64,000 bases of DNA from Planctomycetota bacterium (lineage in GTDB: Bacteria > Planctomycetota > Brocadiia > JAADGH01). Location of the stretch: assembly GCA_040755855.1 (NCBI GenBank), contig JBFMAD010000003.1:224001-288000 (forward strand). The letters are read 5' to 3'. The translations under genes were made by a program, and so were the position numbers. The notes beneath the pieces are model-generated. The model made no database searches. It was not told the DNA's origin and saw only the letters and a program-made list of their open reading frames with translations. Positions 28,281 to 40,522 of this stretch are shown in pieces (within the stretch, counting starts at the first letter, position 1; every line of letters starts with the position of its first letter).

Positions 28281-30881
28281 CTATGAGACATATCCCCCGG
28301 GCGCGAGGGTGACGTAATCCACCTGCGCCCCCACAATGGGTACGCCGAAGGCGTTCGTGGGCTGGAAGCCGCCTGTGAACGGCGCTCCGCTGCCGCCGTT
28401 GGGTATCGCCGCCGCGCCGGCGGAGTCAATGGCATGGAGAGTGCCGTAGACATCTATGTTGCCGAAGATCAGCCCCCGCACAAGCATCCGCTGCAGTGTG
28501 CCGGTGTAGTATGTGAATCCCCATCCGTTGACGGCGGCCTCCCCGATGGTCACGATCGTGTTCTGCCCCATGTCCCCACCTATGACCACGGACGATGCGA
28601 CGACACGGATGTCCACCGTGGACGTGTCGTTCAGGCCCCGGCCGATATAAAGATGTGAACAGTCGCCGTCCACCAACAGTGCGCTGGCGCCCCACACGCC
28701 GTCGGCGATGTGGATCGCCGTGGCAGGAGGCATGTCTACGCCGCCGCCCAGCACGTTCAGGTTTGAGTTTTCCATTCGACCCGAGACGGAAAAACGGCCC
28801 AATCCATTGTTGAATGTAAACGTGGAATTCCACACATCGCCCCCGATCAGGGCCGAACCACAAGGCCCGAAGACGACTATGGTGGATGCCGCGTCCACAT
28901 CGTTCTGGATGACGATCCGGCCCACGCCGCCGGAGGCGGGGCCGGGCGCCGGGAAGGTGTTTGTGATGTTAATCTGCGAGTTGGATATGCCGCCGAGTAG
29001 CATCTGCCCGACGTGTTCCGTGAACGTAAGCCCCGTGTTCATCACGGCGCCGCCCACGCGGAAGAGATTGGTCATGCCGTCCATGTTGAGCACGGAGACG
29101 TCGAGAACCCCCGCGATGAGAAACATTCCGGTCTCGCCGGCGACGGCGGCGGTCAGGGCTGTTGCGTGGCCCATAACCCTGAAAAAGTCCAGCCCCCCTG
29201 CTCCGGCAAGTGCAACGGCATTTGCGTCGCCGAGGATCAACATCCTCTCCATCGGCGCGTTCCACGCAACATTCGAGCCGGACGCGTCCCCGCGGATCAT
29301 GAGCAAGTCGCAGCCGCCTGTGAACGTGAAGTTGCTGTTGGTGGCGGGCCCGCCTACATAGAAGCTCCCAACGGGGCCGGCGGCGTTGTAGGTAAAGGCG
29401 TTCGTAAAGTCCCCGGTTCTGAAGGAGGCATGTGGGCCTCCGACCGTCCAGACGACGGTGTCAATAGACCCGCCGATGATGGTCTGGCCGCAGGAACCGA
29501 GAAGGATGTTGAATGCCGAATTGCTCACATTGCCGCCGAACCAGAGACGGCTGAACGTCTGGCTGACTGCGGTGAGGGTGGTGTTTGTCACATCGCCCGA
29601 GACGCGGAAGGCAGCCGTATTTCCCGTCATGAGGTTGAAGACTGTATCGTTGATCGCGCCGTTGACGGCGATGAGCGACTGATTGCTGAACTGAGAGACT
29701 ATCTGTGCGTAGTCGCTGTTGCCACCTATGAGGAGCGTCCCCATGCTGCCGTTCGTCGTGATGATTGAGGCGGTGTCTGTGTTGGGCAGATCGCCCAGGA
29801 GGTCTCCCCCGATTGCGAGGCGACCGCAGCTCCCCCCCCCATTGATAGGCGTGACGTCCGCGCCGCCGCGGACGCTGCCGGCGATTTCGATCGTCCCCGC
29901 GCGCATGCCGGTAAGCGTGAGGGTCGTGCTGCTCGGTCCGCCGGAATTGTCGAGCAGGAGGTCCCCGCCGATATAGATCCGGCCACACGTCCCTCTGTTG
30001 AGGGCAATGGATGTGGCGATGGGCCCAAGCCCGCCCACGGGGGAGTTTTGCACAGTGCCCTGGACGTAGAGCCTCCCGACGTTGCCGTTGAGCGACTGGA
30101 ACAGCGTCCCCACCATGTCGCCATAGACGGAGAAAGACTGGACTCCCGAATAGAAATTGAATTCCGCAGGAGCGCTGACGAAGGCGTTGGACCAGGTGTT
30201 GCCATAGATATCAAACCGGTCGCAGCCGCTGCCGATGTTCACTCGCGTCCCGACCACATCCCCGCCCGTGATGCGCGCGCTGCCCAGGTGGCCGGCCACG
30301 TCAAGGTACCCTTGGAGCATGCCGCCCCCGGTCGAGAATGTCCCGAGGTCGCCCCCGATCGCGAAGCCGCATATCTCGGCGTAATTGTCAATCGCAATGG
30401 ACCTGACGGAACTGGTCGTCGTAACGCCGCCGTTGTAGAATGGACCGTGGATGTTTAACGACTGGAGTGGGCACGTCAGGTTGATGCCCGCAAAGCGAAC
30501 CTGCCCGATGCCCGATGAGGACAGGTCAATGACGCCCATAGCCCCGCCGCCGAAGTTTCTGATGTTATTGACGATGAGGTTGTCGCTCCCATCGCCGGCG
30601 ATGACATCGCGGATATAGAGCCGCGACTTGCCGGTCGTGCCGACCAGGTCCACGTACCAGAGGTTCTCATCGCCCGGCGTACCGGGGTCTGCGCCGGTGG
30701 AGTTCGCTAATGTCACCGACCCCGGACCATAGAATGTGACCTCGTCCAGGTCCCCGTCGAAGGCGTTGTATTGAAACGACATCCCATTGGTCAGGACCAC
30801 CGCCGGGGCGACGCGACGCTCCAGTTCCTGCACCTGCAAGTCCAATTTGATTCGTAAAGGCCGATGAACGTGGCTTTGCAT
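28281..30881 (-). CDS. LEPR-XLL-type extracellular beta-helix protein
   Basis: LQVQELERRVAPA, AFDGDLDEVTFYGPG and many ~20-aa Gly-rich strand repeats; RBS GAGGA upstream of ATG 30881. Confidence 0.8.
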   Translation of the reverse strand: MQSHVHRPLRIKLDLQVQELERRVAPAVVLTNGMSFQYNAFDGDLDEVTFYGPGSVTLANSTGADPGTPGDENLWYVDLVGTTGKSRLYIRDVIAGDGSDNLIVNNIRNFGGGAMGVIDLSSSGIGQVRFAGINLTCPLQSLNIHGPFYNGGVTTTSSVRSIAIDNYAEICGFAIGGDLGTFSTGGGMLQGYLDVAGHLGSARITGGDVVGTRVNIGSGCDRFDIYGNTWSNAFVSAPAEFNFYSGVQSFSVYGDMVGTLFQSLNGNVGRLYVQGTVQNSPVGGLGPIATSIALNRGTCGRIYIGGDLLLDNSGGPSSTTLTLTGMRAGTIEIAGSVRGGADVTPINGGGSCGRLAIGGDLLGDLPNTDTASIITTNGSMGTLLIGGNSDYAQIVSQFSNQSLIAVNGAINDTVFNLMTGNTAAFRVSGDVTNTTLTAVSQTFSRLWFGGNVSNSAFNILLGSCGQTIIGGSIDTVVWTVGGPHASFRTGDFTNAFTYNAAGPVGSFYVGGPATNSNFTFTGGCDLLMIRGDASGSNVAWNAPMERMLILGDANAVALAGAGGLDFFRVMGHATALTAAVAGETGMFLIAGVLDVSVLNMDGMTNLFRVGGAVMNTGLTFTEHVGQMLLGGISNSQINITNTFPAPGPASGGVGRIVIQNDVDAASTIVVFGPCGSALIGGDVWNSTFTFNNGLGRFSVSGRMENSNLNVLGGGVDMPPATAIHIADGVWGASALLVDGDCSHLYIGRGLNDTSTVDIRVVASSVVIGGDMGQNTIVTIGEAAVNGWGFTYYTGTLQRMLVRGLIFGNIDVYGTLHAIDSAGAAAIPNGGSGAPFTGGFQPTNAFGVPIVGAQVDYVTLAPGGYVS

Positions 30882-31026
30882 AGCTTCCTCCTTCCAATTG
30901 ACAGATTGATGAATGATGGCCGCCATTTTGCCCGAAGCGGCGAAGGTTGTCAAGCGGTACTCCTCGTTTCTGCAATCGGCCTCGCATCTTGACTTCCCCG
31001 CGCTGCCGCGGTACGCTTGTGACACA

Positions 31027-31233
31027 ATGAGGAATCGGCAACTGCTCACAACTCCCCAACTACGTCTTTTATTTGCCGTGGCGGCTGTTCCGTTGCTTCT
31101 GGCTTCTTGCGTCTGCCTACGCCCAACCGGAGCGGGTGCAGCGCATGGCCAAGATGGTTTGGCCGATATCTGCTATTCGGGGATGCCCCATGATAGCGTG
31201 TGGGCGCCTGTGTTGCCGCAGAAAAGCATTTGA
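31027..31233 (+). CDS. Possible small lipoprotein (68 aa)
   Basis: MRNRQLL...LLFAVAAVPLLLASC signal and lipobox; TTGACT-17-TACGCT just upstream. Confidence 0.4.
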   Translation: MRNRQLLTTPQLRLLFAVAAVPLLLASCVCLRPTGAGAAHGQDGLADICYSGMPHDSVWAPVLPQKSI

Positions 31234-31311
31234 CTTTTCGTCTCATGGATTGCTACCATATTTTCACGGCGCCGGCTGGATTCACCGGACAATTCCATAA
31301 CTCAAAGCAAG

Positions 31312-33207
<1,896 letters not shown>

Positions 33208-33225
33208 CTATAGAGGTGCGTCATC

Positions 33226-34476
33226 ATGGCAAGACGACTTGCCCAAACCCGACCGATGCGGCAGGCGGGCGTGCTCTACCGGAGGCTGCGTCAGTCGCCG
33301 CCGCTGATGATTGCGATCGCAATCCACGCGGCGATCGTAGTGCTGCTTATGAGCATCAAGATTGAGAGCGAGCCGCCCGAGGTGCTTCTCAGCGTTGACG
33401 TGAGCAAGGTCCTGGCGCAGAAGGTGGAACGCCCCCCGCAGGACATCATCAAGCCCCCCGAGACGGCGGAAAATGTGACTGTGGACAACACGGTCGTCAA
33501 CTTCGCCGCGCCCACCGACACGCTCGTTGACAGCAGCATCGGCGAGGCGAACCTCATCGCCGGGGAGGGGCCTGGGATTGTTGCCCCGCTCAGGCCCGGC
33601 GGAACAGGCGGGACCGGCATCAACTTCGGCGAACGGGTCCGCAACTACCGTCGGGCCGGACTGGATGTGGTGTTTGTGGTGGATACCACGTGGACACTGA
33701 AGGACGCGATCGAGGAGTTTAAAAAGCAGATCAACAACATCATTATTGTCCTGGACAAGTTGGTGGGCGCGCGGTGTCGGATCGGCGTGGTGTGCTACCG
33801 CGACAAGGCCGGGACGGTGAAGGTGAAGACCAGCCAGCCGGTCGGTGAGTTCTATCATACCAAGACGCTGGAGCTGACCAAGGACAGGACGAAGCTCCGC
33901 GAGTTCGTTCAATCCATGGGCGTCGGCCCGGGGCCGAAGACCGAGCAGGAGGCGAAGGATTTTGAGAGCGGCAAGGGCATCCCGGCGAATGAGGATGTGT
34001 GTGAGGGTCTGCGCCTGGCGGTGGAGATGCCCTGGAGCGAGTCGGCCCGGAGGGTGATCGTTCTGATGGGCGACGCGCCGCCGCACAATGAAGACATGAC
34101 GAAGGTGGGCACGCTTATCGGCAAGTTCCGCGGCGGGGGCAACGCCGCCCTGCACGTCATCTATAGCAAACCGCCCCTTGACACGAGCGGTCTCTACGGC
34201 GAAGCGAAGAAGAAGGCCGCCGAGGAGCAGGAAAAGCAGGCCGAACGGGTTTATGCCATCTTCCGCGACTTTGCCCGAAAGGGCGGCGGAGAGGCGGAGT
34301 CGCTCGCCAACGCAAAACAGGTCGTGACCGAGCTGCTGGTCTTCGCCTTCGGTCGGGAATTCAGGAAGAACGTGGACGAGGTCTATCGCGGGCTGGGCGT
34401 CTTCGCCGAAGAGAAGAAGACGGCCGAGGGCGCCGAGAAGACCGAGAAAAAGGAAGGCGCCGATGGCCCCAAGTAG
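33226..34476 (+). CDS. Membrane-anchored VWA domain protein
   Basis: N-terminal TM segment, LDVVFVVDTTWTL (degenerate MIDAS), IGVVCYRD and VLMGDAPPH. Confidence 0.85.
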   Translation: MARRLAQTRPMRQAGVLYRRLRQSPPLMIAIAIHAAIVVLLMSIKIESEPPEVLLSVDVSKVLAQKVERPPQDIIKPPETAENVTVDNTVVNFAAPTDTLVDSSIGEANLIAGEGPGIVAPLRPGGTGGTGINFGERVRNYRRAGLDVVFVVDTTWTLKDAIEEFKKQINNIIIVLDKLVGARCRIGVVCYRDKAGTVKVKTSQPVGEFYHTKTLELTKDRTKLREFVQSMGVGPGPKTEQEAKDFESGKGIPANEDVCEGLRLAVEMPWSESARRVIVLMGDAPPHNEDMTKVGTLIGKFRGGGNAALHVIYSKPPLDTSGLYGEAKKKAAEEQEKQAERVYAIFRDFARKGGGEAESLANAKQVVTELLVFAFGREFRKNVDEVYRGLGVFAEEKKTAEGAEKTEKKEGADGPK

Positions 34477-36910
34477 GACATACCATCAACTGATTGTGGC
34501 GATGACTATCATCATTCTGCTCGCGAGCGCGGGTCTCTGCGCCGATCGCGTGGCCCAGGAGTTCGACTACGCAAGCGCCCTGTCCGACCAGGGTTTTCTG
34601 GACCTGGCGGAGATTGTTTATAGGGACGCCATCGCCGCGCACCCGGACCACGCAGGGGTGGAGCAGGCGGTCCTGTCGCTGGCTCAGGTGAAGGCCCAGA
34701 TGCGCCGTCTCGATGAGGCCCTGGCCGATTACCAGACCTTCCTGAAGAAATACGGCTATAGCAAGTTGAAGGACCAGGCGGAGGTCGGCATCGGCGAGGT
34801 CTATCTGGAGCAGGGCGAGTATGAGAAGGCCCAGAAGGTCTTCCAGAAGGTCCTCGGCGAGAGCCCCGACGGCGCCTCGCTGGCCTACGTCCGGGCGCAG
34901 TATGGCAACGCCTGGTGCATGTTGAAGGCAAAGAAATACAAGGAAGCCGCCCAGGCGTTCAAGGAGTTCGCCCTTATCTGGCAGGGCTACGAGCGGGCGC
35001 AGGAGGCGCTTCTTGCGGAGGGGGAGTGCTATCTGAACCTGGAGAACTACGAGGAGGCCCTCAAGGCCTTCGACAAGGCCCGAGAACGATCGAAGGACGA
35101 CGCCATCGTCATCCGCGCACTGATCGGCATGGGCCGCGCTCACCAGGGGGCCAAGGCGTATGACAAGGCGCTGTTGTCCTTCGACTCCGCCATCCGGCGC
35201 GACCCGGATTCCCCCTTCGCTCAGCTGGCGTTGGCGAGCAAGGCGGACTGTCTGGCCGCCAAGGGCGACGAGGCGGAGGGAAAGAAGATTCTTGAGGAGA
35301 TCATGCTCAAGTACCCCGGCACCGCCGCCTACCAGGAGGCCCTGAACAAGCTGGCCAAACTCAGCGAAGGGGGCTACGCCGCCCTGGCGTCAGAGGCGGA
35401 GCGCTATGCCCGGGCGCTGAAGGAGTTCCGCGACGGCAACTGCGAGGCCGCCATCACATGGTATGAGGGGCTCATCAAAAAATTCCCAAAGGGAACTTAT
35501 GCACCGAAGGCGCAGCAGGGCATCGCGCGCTGTTACCATAAGATGGAACAGTACAAGAAGGCGGCCGATGCCTTCATGGAAGTGGCGACTAAGTACGCCG
35601 ACAGCCCCATCGCCGTGGAGTGCATCCGGGAGGCGGTGGCGAGTTATGACAAGGCCGGCGATGCGATGGGCAAGCAGGCCGCCCTGAAGAAGCTGGCCGA
35701 GGCCTACCCCGAATCCGGCAAGGCCGACGCGATCCAATTCTCCGCCGCGGCGACGGCCTATGACGAAAAGGATTACAAGACGGCGGCCGAGAGCTTTCTG
35801 GCGCTGGTCGAGAAGTACCCCCGCAGCGAGCACTGCGAGCAGGCCCTCTTCCAGGCGGGGTTCTGCTTCTACACGCTCCAGCAGTACGACCAGGGCGAGA
35901 AGACCTTTGACCGGTTCCTGAAGAGCTATAGCGAGTCGGACCGGCGGGCGGAGGCCGCCTATCTGCGCGGGGAGTGCCTCTACCACCTGAAGAAGATTGC
36001 AGAAGCGATGACGATGTTCCGCGCCGCCTTGCGATACAATCCGAAGCCGACCATCAAGGCCCGCGCCCACTTCTGGCTGGGCTACTGCCTCCAGGCGGAA
36101 AAGAAGTGGGACGAGGCCCTGGAGGAATATAACACATCGGCGGCGTCGGCGGGCGAAGACGCCGACCTGGCCCCAAAGGCGCGCTACTGCGCGGCGCTGC
36201 TCTACTCCCAAAAAGGCCAATACGACAAGTGCGCCGAGCGGCTGCTCGACCTGGTCAACGACTTCCCCACGTATCCGGTCCCGGCAAAGATCATGAGCTG
36301 GGCGTCGGACTATCTGATGGAGAAGAAGCAATACGACAAGGCGGCCAAGGTGGCCGACCTGCTTATCGCACGCTACGGCGAGGATGCGGCCCAAGCCGTC
36401 TTTGTGGAGAAGGCGTATACTGTGAGCGCAAAGGCCAAGATGCAGGCCGAGCAGTGGAAACCCGCCATCGAGTTGCTCGAGGCGCTCCTCCAAAAATTCC
36501 CTGACACGCGGCAGATCGCCGTGGCCAAGATGGACCTGGCGGAGTGCTACAAGCAGCGCAAGCAATACGACAAGGCGAAGGAGGCGCTGCAGGAGCTGAT
36601 CCCCCAGGCCACCGGCGAACTCCTCATGGAGGCCCAGGCAAAGCTCGCGGACGTCCACAAGGACGAGGGGCAGCCCGGAGAAGAGGCCAATGTGCTGAAG
36701 CGGGCCGTCCTTCTGGCCCCCGCCGGGCTTCGGAACACCAACTGGCTTATCACCTTCAATCACCGCCTCGGAAAGCTCTATGAGCAGATGGGAAAGAAAG
36801 AAGACGCCGTCGCCGCATTCAAGGCGGCCGCGGAGATACCGACCAAAGACGCCAAGATGCTGAAACTCCAGGAGGAAGCCCAAGAAAGGTTGACGGTGCT
36901 ATCGAAATGA
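34463..36910 (+). CDS. Large exported TPR protein
   Basis: Signal peptide followed by many TPR repeats (KYP.S motifs). Confidence 0.9.
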   Translation: MAPSRTYHQLIVAMTIIILLASAGLCADRVAQEFDYASALSDQGFLDLAEIVYRDAIAAHPDHAGVEQAVLSLAQVKAQMRRLDEALADYQTFLKKYGYSKLKDQAEVGIGEVYLEQGEYEKAQKVFQKVLGESPDGASLAYVRAQYGNAWCMLKAKKYKEAAQAFKEFALIWQGYERAQEALLAEGECYLNLENYEEALKAFDKARERSKDDAIVIRALIGMGRAHQGAKAYDKALLSFDSAIRRDPDSPFAQLALASKADCLAAKGDEAEGKKILEEIMLKYPGTAAYQEALNKLAKLSEGGYAALASEAERYARALKEFRDGNCEAAITWYEGLIKKFPKGTYAPKAQQGIARCYHKMEQYKKAADAFMEVATKYADSPIAVECIREAVASYDKAGDAMGKQAALKKLAEAYPESGKADAIQFSAAATAYDEKDYKTAAESFLALVEKYPRSEHCEQALFQAGFCFYTLQQYDQGEKTFDRFLKSYSESDRRAEAAYLRGECLYHLKKIAEAMTMFRAALRYNPKPTIKARAHFWLGYCLQAEKKWDEALEEYNTSAASAGEDADLAPKARYCAALLYSQKGQYDKCAERLLDLVNDFPTYPVPAKIMSWASDYLMEKKQYDKAAKVADLLIARYGEDAAQAVFVEKAYTVSAKAKMQAEQWKPAIELLEALLQKFPDTRQIAVAKMDLAECYKQRKQYDKAKEALQELIPQATGELLMEAQAKLADVHKDEGQPGEEANVLKRAVLLAPAGLRNTNWLITFNHRLGKLYEQMGKKEDAVAAFKAAAEIPTKDAKMLKLQEEAQERLTVLSK

Positions 36911-37950
36911 GACGAATACAGATCATTACCCTGAGCATCCTGTTTATGGCGGTCTGCTGCCTCCACGGATGGGCCGCAAAGAAGGTCAATATGCCGGCGA
37001 CCCTCATCATGGCCAACGGGATCAAGCGGCAGGTCGTCCTCCTGGAGGAGGATGCCGAGAAGGTCACTGTCCAACTCTCGACGGGCAAGGTGGAGACCTA
37101 CAAGCGCAATGAAATCCAGTCCATCGAGTGGCAATTGCCGGCGAGCTTCACACAGGCCGAGGAGAACCTCCGCGGCGGCGACTACGAAAAGGCCGTCAAG
37201 CAATACGACGCCGTCATCGCAAAGGAGTCGAACGCCTGGTGCGTCGAACAGGCCCGGCTGAAGAAGATGCAGTGTTGCCTCATCCTCGGCAAATATAAGG
37301 AGGCGGCGGAGGAATATGTTCGTTTTCTGAAGGCCGATCCCGCCACCGACGCCTACGGGCGCATCCCCTTGCCGGAGGGCAAATCGGCGGAGAATGCTGA
37401 GGCGGCCAAATACCTCAAGGCTTTGGCGGACCTGGCCAAGGACGACACGGAGAAGGGCATGGAGCTGGGCCTCGCCGCCGGCGCCCTCGCCGCAAACAAG
37501 GAATTCAAGACGGCGGAGGAGTGCGTCAAGTCCATGCTCGTCATTTCGAACCCGAAGGTCCAGGGTTTCGCAAAGGTCCTGTATGGGCAGATCGCCGTGG
37601 AGAAGGAGGACTTCGACGGCGCAATCAAGGTCGTCACGCAAAACCTGAAGGACATCCCGGACGGTCTTCTGCCCGCGGCCTACTACTGGCTGGGGCGGGC
37701 CTACCTGGGAAAGGACCAATACGAACATGCGGCGATTGCTCTCCTCCGAGCGCCGACCTACATGCCGGAGGCGCAGGAGATCGCCGCCGACTGCCTCTAC
37801 TGGGGCGCAAAGACCTTCGAAAAGGCCGACCGAATGCGCGAGGCGGCCCGGCTTTACGCCGACCTGGTGGAGAAGTTCCCGGGGGCGCGGCATATCAGAG
37901 AATCCAGAGAGAAATTAGACAAGCTTCAGAAGATTGGAAGAGGAGGTTGA
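36907..37950 (+). CDS. Exported TPR protein
   Basis: Signal peptide; AYYWLGRAY and LVEKFPG TPR repeats. Confidence 0.85.
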   Translation: MRRIQIITLSILFMAVCCLHGWAAKKVNMPATLIMANGIKRQVVLLEEDAEKVTVQLSTGKVETYKRNEIQSIEWQLPASFTQAEENLRGGDYEKAVKQYDAVIAKESNAWCVEQARLKKMQCCLILGKYKEAAEEYVRFLKADPATDAYGRIPLPEGKSAENAEAAKYLKALADLAKDDTEKGMELGLAAGALAANKEFKTAEECVKSMLVISNPKVQGFAKVLYGQIAVEKEDFDGAIKVVTQNLKDIPDGLLPAAYYWLGRAYLGKDQYEHAAIALLRAPTYMPEAQEIAADCLYWGAKTFEKADRMREAARLYADLVEKFPGARHIRESREKLDKLQKIGRGG

Positions 37951-37951
37951 G

Positions 37952-38776
37952 ATGGTTCGCAGTTCTGGACTGAGAATGTGGGTATTGGGACTGGCTCTTG
38001 TCGCCTTGTTCGTCCTGGCCGTCCCTGCGGTGACGCAGGAGGCCGCGAAGCCGGCCGAGACAAAGAAGGCTGAACCGGCTGAGGCGAAGAAGGCCGAACC
38101 TGCCCCAGCGGCCCCCGCGCCTGCCGCCGCGGCGCCGGAGGATTCGGGCCAACCGATGAATGTGTGGCAGATGGTGTGGGATGCTGGATGGGTCGAGTAC
38201 GTCATCCTCCTCGTCTCCGTGGTCGGCACTACGCTCATCATTGACAACATGTGGCGATTCCGAGTGTTGACGGCGATTCCGCCGGACCTCGTTGCGGAGA
38301 CCCAGCGGCTGATGAAGGAACGCGCCTACAACGACGTGCTCGGCATCTGCCAAAAGAAGCCGAGCTACTTCTCCGACGTGCTCCAGGCGGGGCTGCTTAA
38401 GTTGCGCCACGATTATTCCGCCGTCCAGGAGGCCGTAGCGGAGGCGGTGGACAAGGGGGGTGCCGCCATGCACACCCGGCTCAATCTGTTGTCCTTCACG
38501 GCCAAGATCGCTCCTATGCTGGGGCTGCTGGGGACCGTCACCGGCATGATCAAATCGTTCAGCAACATCGCCCGCGCCAGCGCGCTGAACAAGCCGGAGC
38601 TGCTGGCACGAGGCGTGTCTGAAGCGCTTATCACCACCGCCACGGGACTGATCGTCGCCATCCCGGTCATGTTCTTCTACTTTATCCTGCGCGACCGGGT
38701 AAACAGCATCATTACCCAGGTGGAAGTCACTGTCTCTGAAATGCTGGAGCCCTTCCGCCCGACACGGAAAGGATAA
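37952..38776 (+). CDS. MotA/TolQ/ExbB proton channel protein
   Basis: IAPMLGLLGTVTGMIKSF...GVSEALITTATGL. Confidence 0.95.
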   Translation: MVRSSGLRMWVLGLALVALFVLAVPAVTQEAAKPAETKKAEPAEAKKAEPAPAAPAPAAAAPEDSGQPMNVWQMVWDAGWVEYVILLVSVVGTTLIIDNMWRFRVLTAIPPDLVAETQRLMKERAYNDVLGICQKKPSYFSDVLQAGLLKLRHDYSAVQEAVAEAVDKGGAAMHTRLNLLSFTAKIAPMLGLLGTVTGMIKSFSNIARASALNKPELLARGVSEALITTATGLIVAIPVMFFYFILRDRVNSIITQVEVTVSEMLEPFRPTRKG

Positions 38777-38782
38777 CCCGCC

Positions 38783-39223
38783 ATGGCCGCGAAAAGGAGA
38801 AAGAGCTCTCTCCAGTTCGAAGACGTCGAGTTGGACATGACGCCCATGATTGACATGGTCTTTCTGCTGCTGATTTTCTTCATGTTCACTGCGACGTTCC
38901 ACGATATCAACATTGACAAAGAGGTGAACCTGGCCGATGCGGAAGCCGCCAAGCCGGACAGCCGCGACCCGGGCACCCTCATCATCAATATCCACAAGGA
39001 TGATGATGGGATTTACCTGCGGAATCGTCGCTACACGCCAACCGAGCTCCTCGCTTTCCTCCGGACCGTCCGCGAGGAGAATGCGGGACATCAAGTCGTC
39101 ATCCGCGGCGACGGACGGGCATTTCATCGCAATCTGGTTGTCGTTATGGAATGTTGCGCGCACGCCGGCCTCATGAATGTCCGCGTGGCCGTGACAAAAG
39201 AAAGGATTGAAACAGGATCATGA
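38783..39223 (+). CDS. ExbD/TolR family protein
   Basis: DMTPMIDMVFLLLIFFM and VVIRGD. Confidence 0.95.
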   Translation: MAAKRRKSSLQFEDVELDMTPMIDMVFLLLIFFMFTATFHDINIDKEVNLADAEAAKPDSRDPGTLIINIHKDDDGIYLRNRRYTPTELLAFLRTVREENAGHQVVIRGDGRAFHRNLVVVMECCAHAGLMNVRVAVTKERIETGS

Positions 39224-39633
39224 GACGACGAGCTCTCCCAGGCCAGATACAGCAACAGGAAGGCGAACTCGAACTCGACATGACGCCCATGATTGACTGC
39301 GTCTTCTTGCTGCTGATCTTCTTCATCTTTTCCACCAAGTTCCCCAAACAGGAAGGCAAGCTCGAGGCCAGCCTGCCGTCGGCCCGAGGCGCAACCAAGA
39401 CGGCCAGCACCATCGTCGTCATCGAGATCACCGACAACGGCAAACTCATGGTCAACGACCAGCCCTACAGCCCCGATGAACTGGCCGGCCTCCTGGCCAA
39501 GCTGGCCGCCCTCGACCCCGAACAGCCCGTTATCATCAGCGGCGACGCTCAAGCCCGGCACCAATGGATCGTGGACGCCCTCAACGCCTGCGCCAAGGCC
39601 AACATCACGCGCATCTCCTTCACGGGATTGTAG
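39220..39633 (+). CDS. ExbD/TolR family protein (second copy)
   Basis: DMTPMIDCVFLLLIFF and VIISGD. Confidence 0.95.
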   Translation: MRRRALPGQIQQQEGELELDMTPMIDCVFLLLIFFIFSTKFPKQEGKLEASLPSARGATKTASTIVVIEITDNGKLMVNDQPYSPDELAGLLAKLAALDPEQPVIISGDAQARHQWIVDALNACAKANITRISFTGL

Positions 39634-39642
39634 AAAAAAACC

Positions 39643-39671
39643 TTGACCGGGCAGGGTCTAATTGATAAACT
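39643..39671 (+). promoter_or_regulatory. Sigma-70 promoter of rplC
   Basis: TTGACC-17 bp-TAAACT. Confidence 0.65.
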
Positions 39672-39844
39672 ATATGTTTTTGGCGATCTCGCAAAGAGGA
39701 TGCAGCTATGGCATGTAGAGTACGAACCGGCAGGCTCCGATGGCGAAACCGACGAGCCAATCACGGCCGCAAACCCACACAAGGACGTATCAAGAGCCAG
39801 TTCAAACTGGCAAAACTCCTCCGCAGAAAAAAGAGATAAGAACT

Positions 39845-40483
39845 ATGGTTACCAGTCTCATCGGCAAGAAACTCGGCATGACGCAGATCTTCTCGGAGGA
39901 CGGCACGGCTGTTCCCGTCACCGTCATCGAGTGCGGGCCCTGCGTCGTCACCCAGATCAAGACCACCGAAAGCGACGGCTACAACGCCCTGCAGGTCGGC
40001 TTCGGCGAAAAACCGGCAAAGCGCACCACCAAGGCCCTGCTCGAACACTTCAAGAAGGCAAAGACCACGCCAAGGCGGTTTGTCCGCGAGCTGGAATGGG
40101 ACGGACAAGGCGAGTTCGCCCTCGGAAGTCAGATCACGGTTGACGTCTTCAACGAGATCAAGCGCGTTGATGTTATCGGCACGGCCAAGGGCCGCGGGTT
40201 CCAGGGCGTGGTCAAACGGCACGGCTTCAAGGGCGGCCCCAAGACCCACGGCCAGTCCGACCGCCAACGCGCACCCGGCTCCATCGGCCAGTCCTCCGAT
40301 CCGTCGCGCGTGAAAAAGGGCATGCGCATGGCGGGCCATATGGGCCACTGCCGGCGCACGGCACGCAACCTCACCGTGGTGAAGGTGGATCCGGAGAAAA
40401 ACTGCCTCCTCGTCAGGGGTGGCGTGCCCGGACCGAACGGCGGCCTCCTGGTCGTTCGAAAGACCCATAAGCTGGGCAAGTAG
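39845..40483 (+). CDS. rplC: 50S ribosomal protein L3
   Basis: [11 protein letters not shown]...[37 protein letters not shown] and [10 protein letters not shown]. Confidence 0.98.
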   Translation: MVTSLIGKKLGMTQIFSEDGTAVPVTVIECGPCVVTQIKTTESDGYNALQVGFGEKPAKRTTKALLEHFKKAKTTPRRFVRELEWDGQGEFALGSQITVDVFNEIKRVDVIGTAKGRGFQGVVKRHGFKGGPKTHGQSDRQRAPGSIGQSSDPSRVKKGMRMAGHMGHCRRTARNLTVVKVDPEKNCLLVRGGVPGPNGGLLVVRKTHKLGK

Positions 40484-40522
40484 CCGACGGATGTTCCCTC
40501 GTCGGAAGTATGGCGGCTTCCG

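Noticed and set aside
35390..36883. Long antisense ORFs here and elsewhere (e.g. 47599-49530, 53568-55001)
   Set aside because: These are shadow frames of GC-rich genes with no recognisable motifs.
39740..39844. N-terminal extension of L3
   Set aside because: The canonical L3 start is ATG 39845; the upstream frame falls in the leader.
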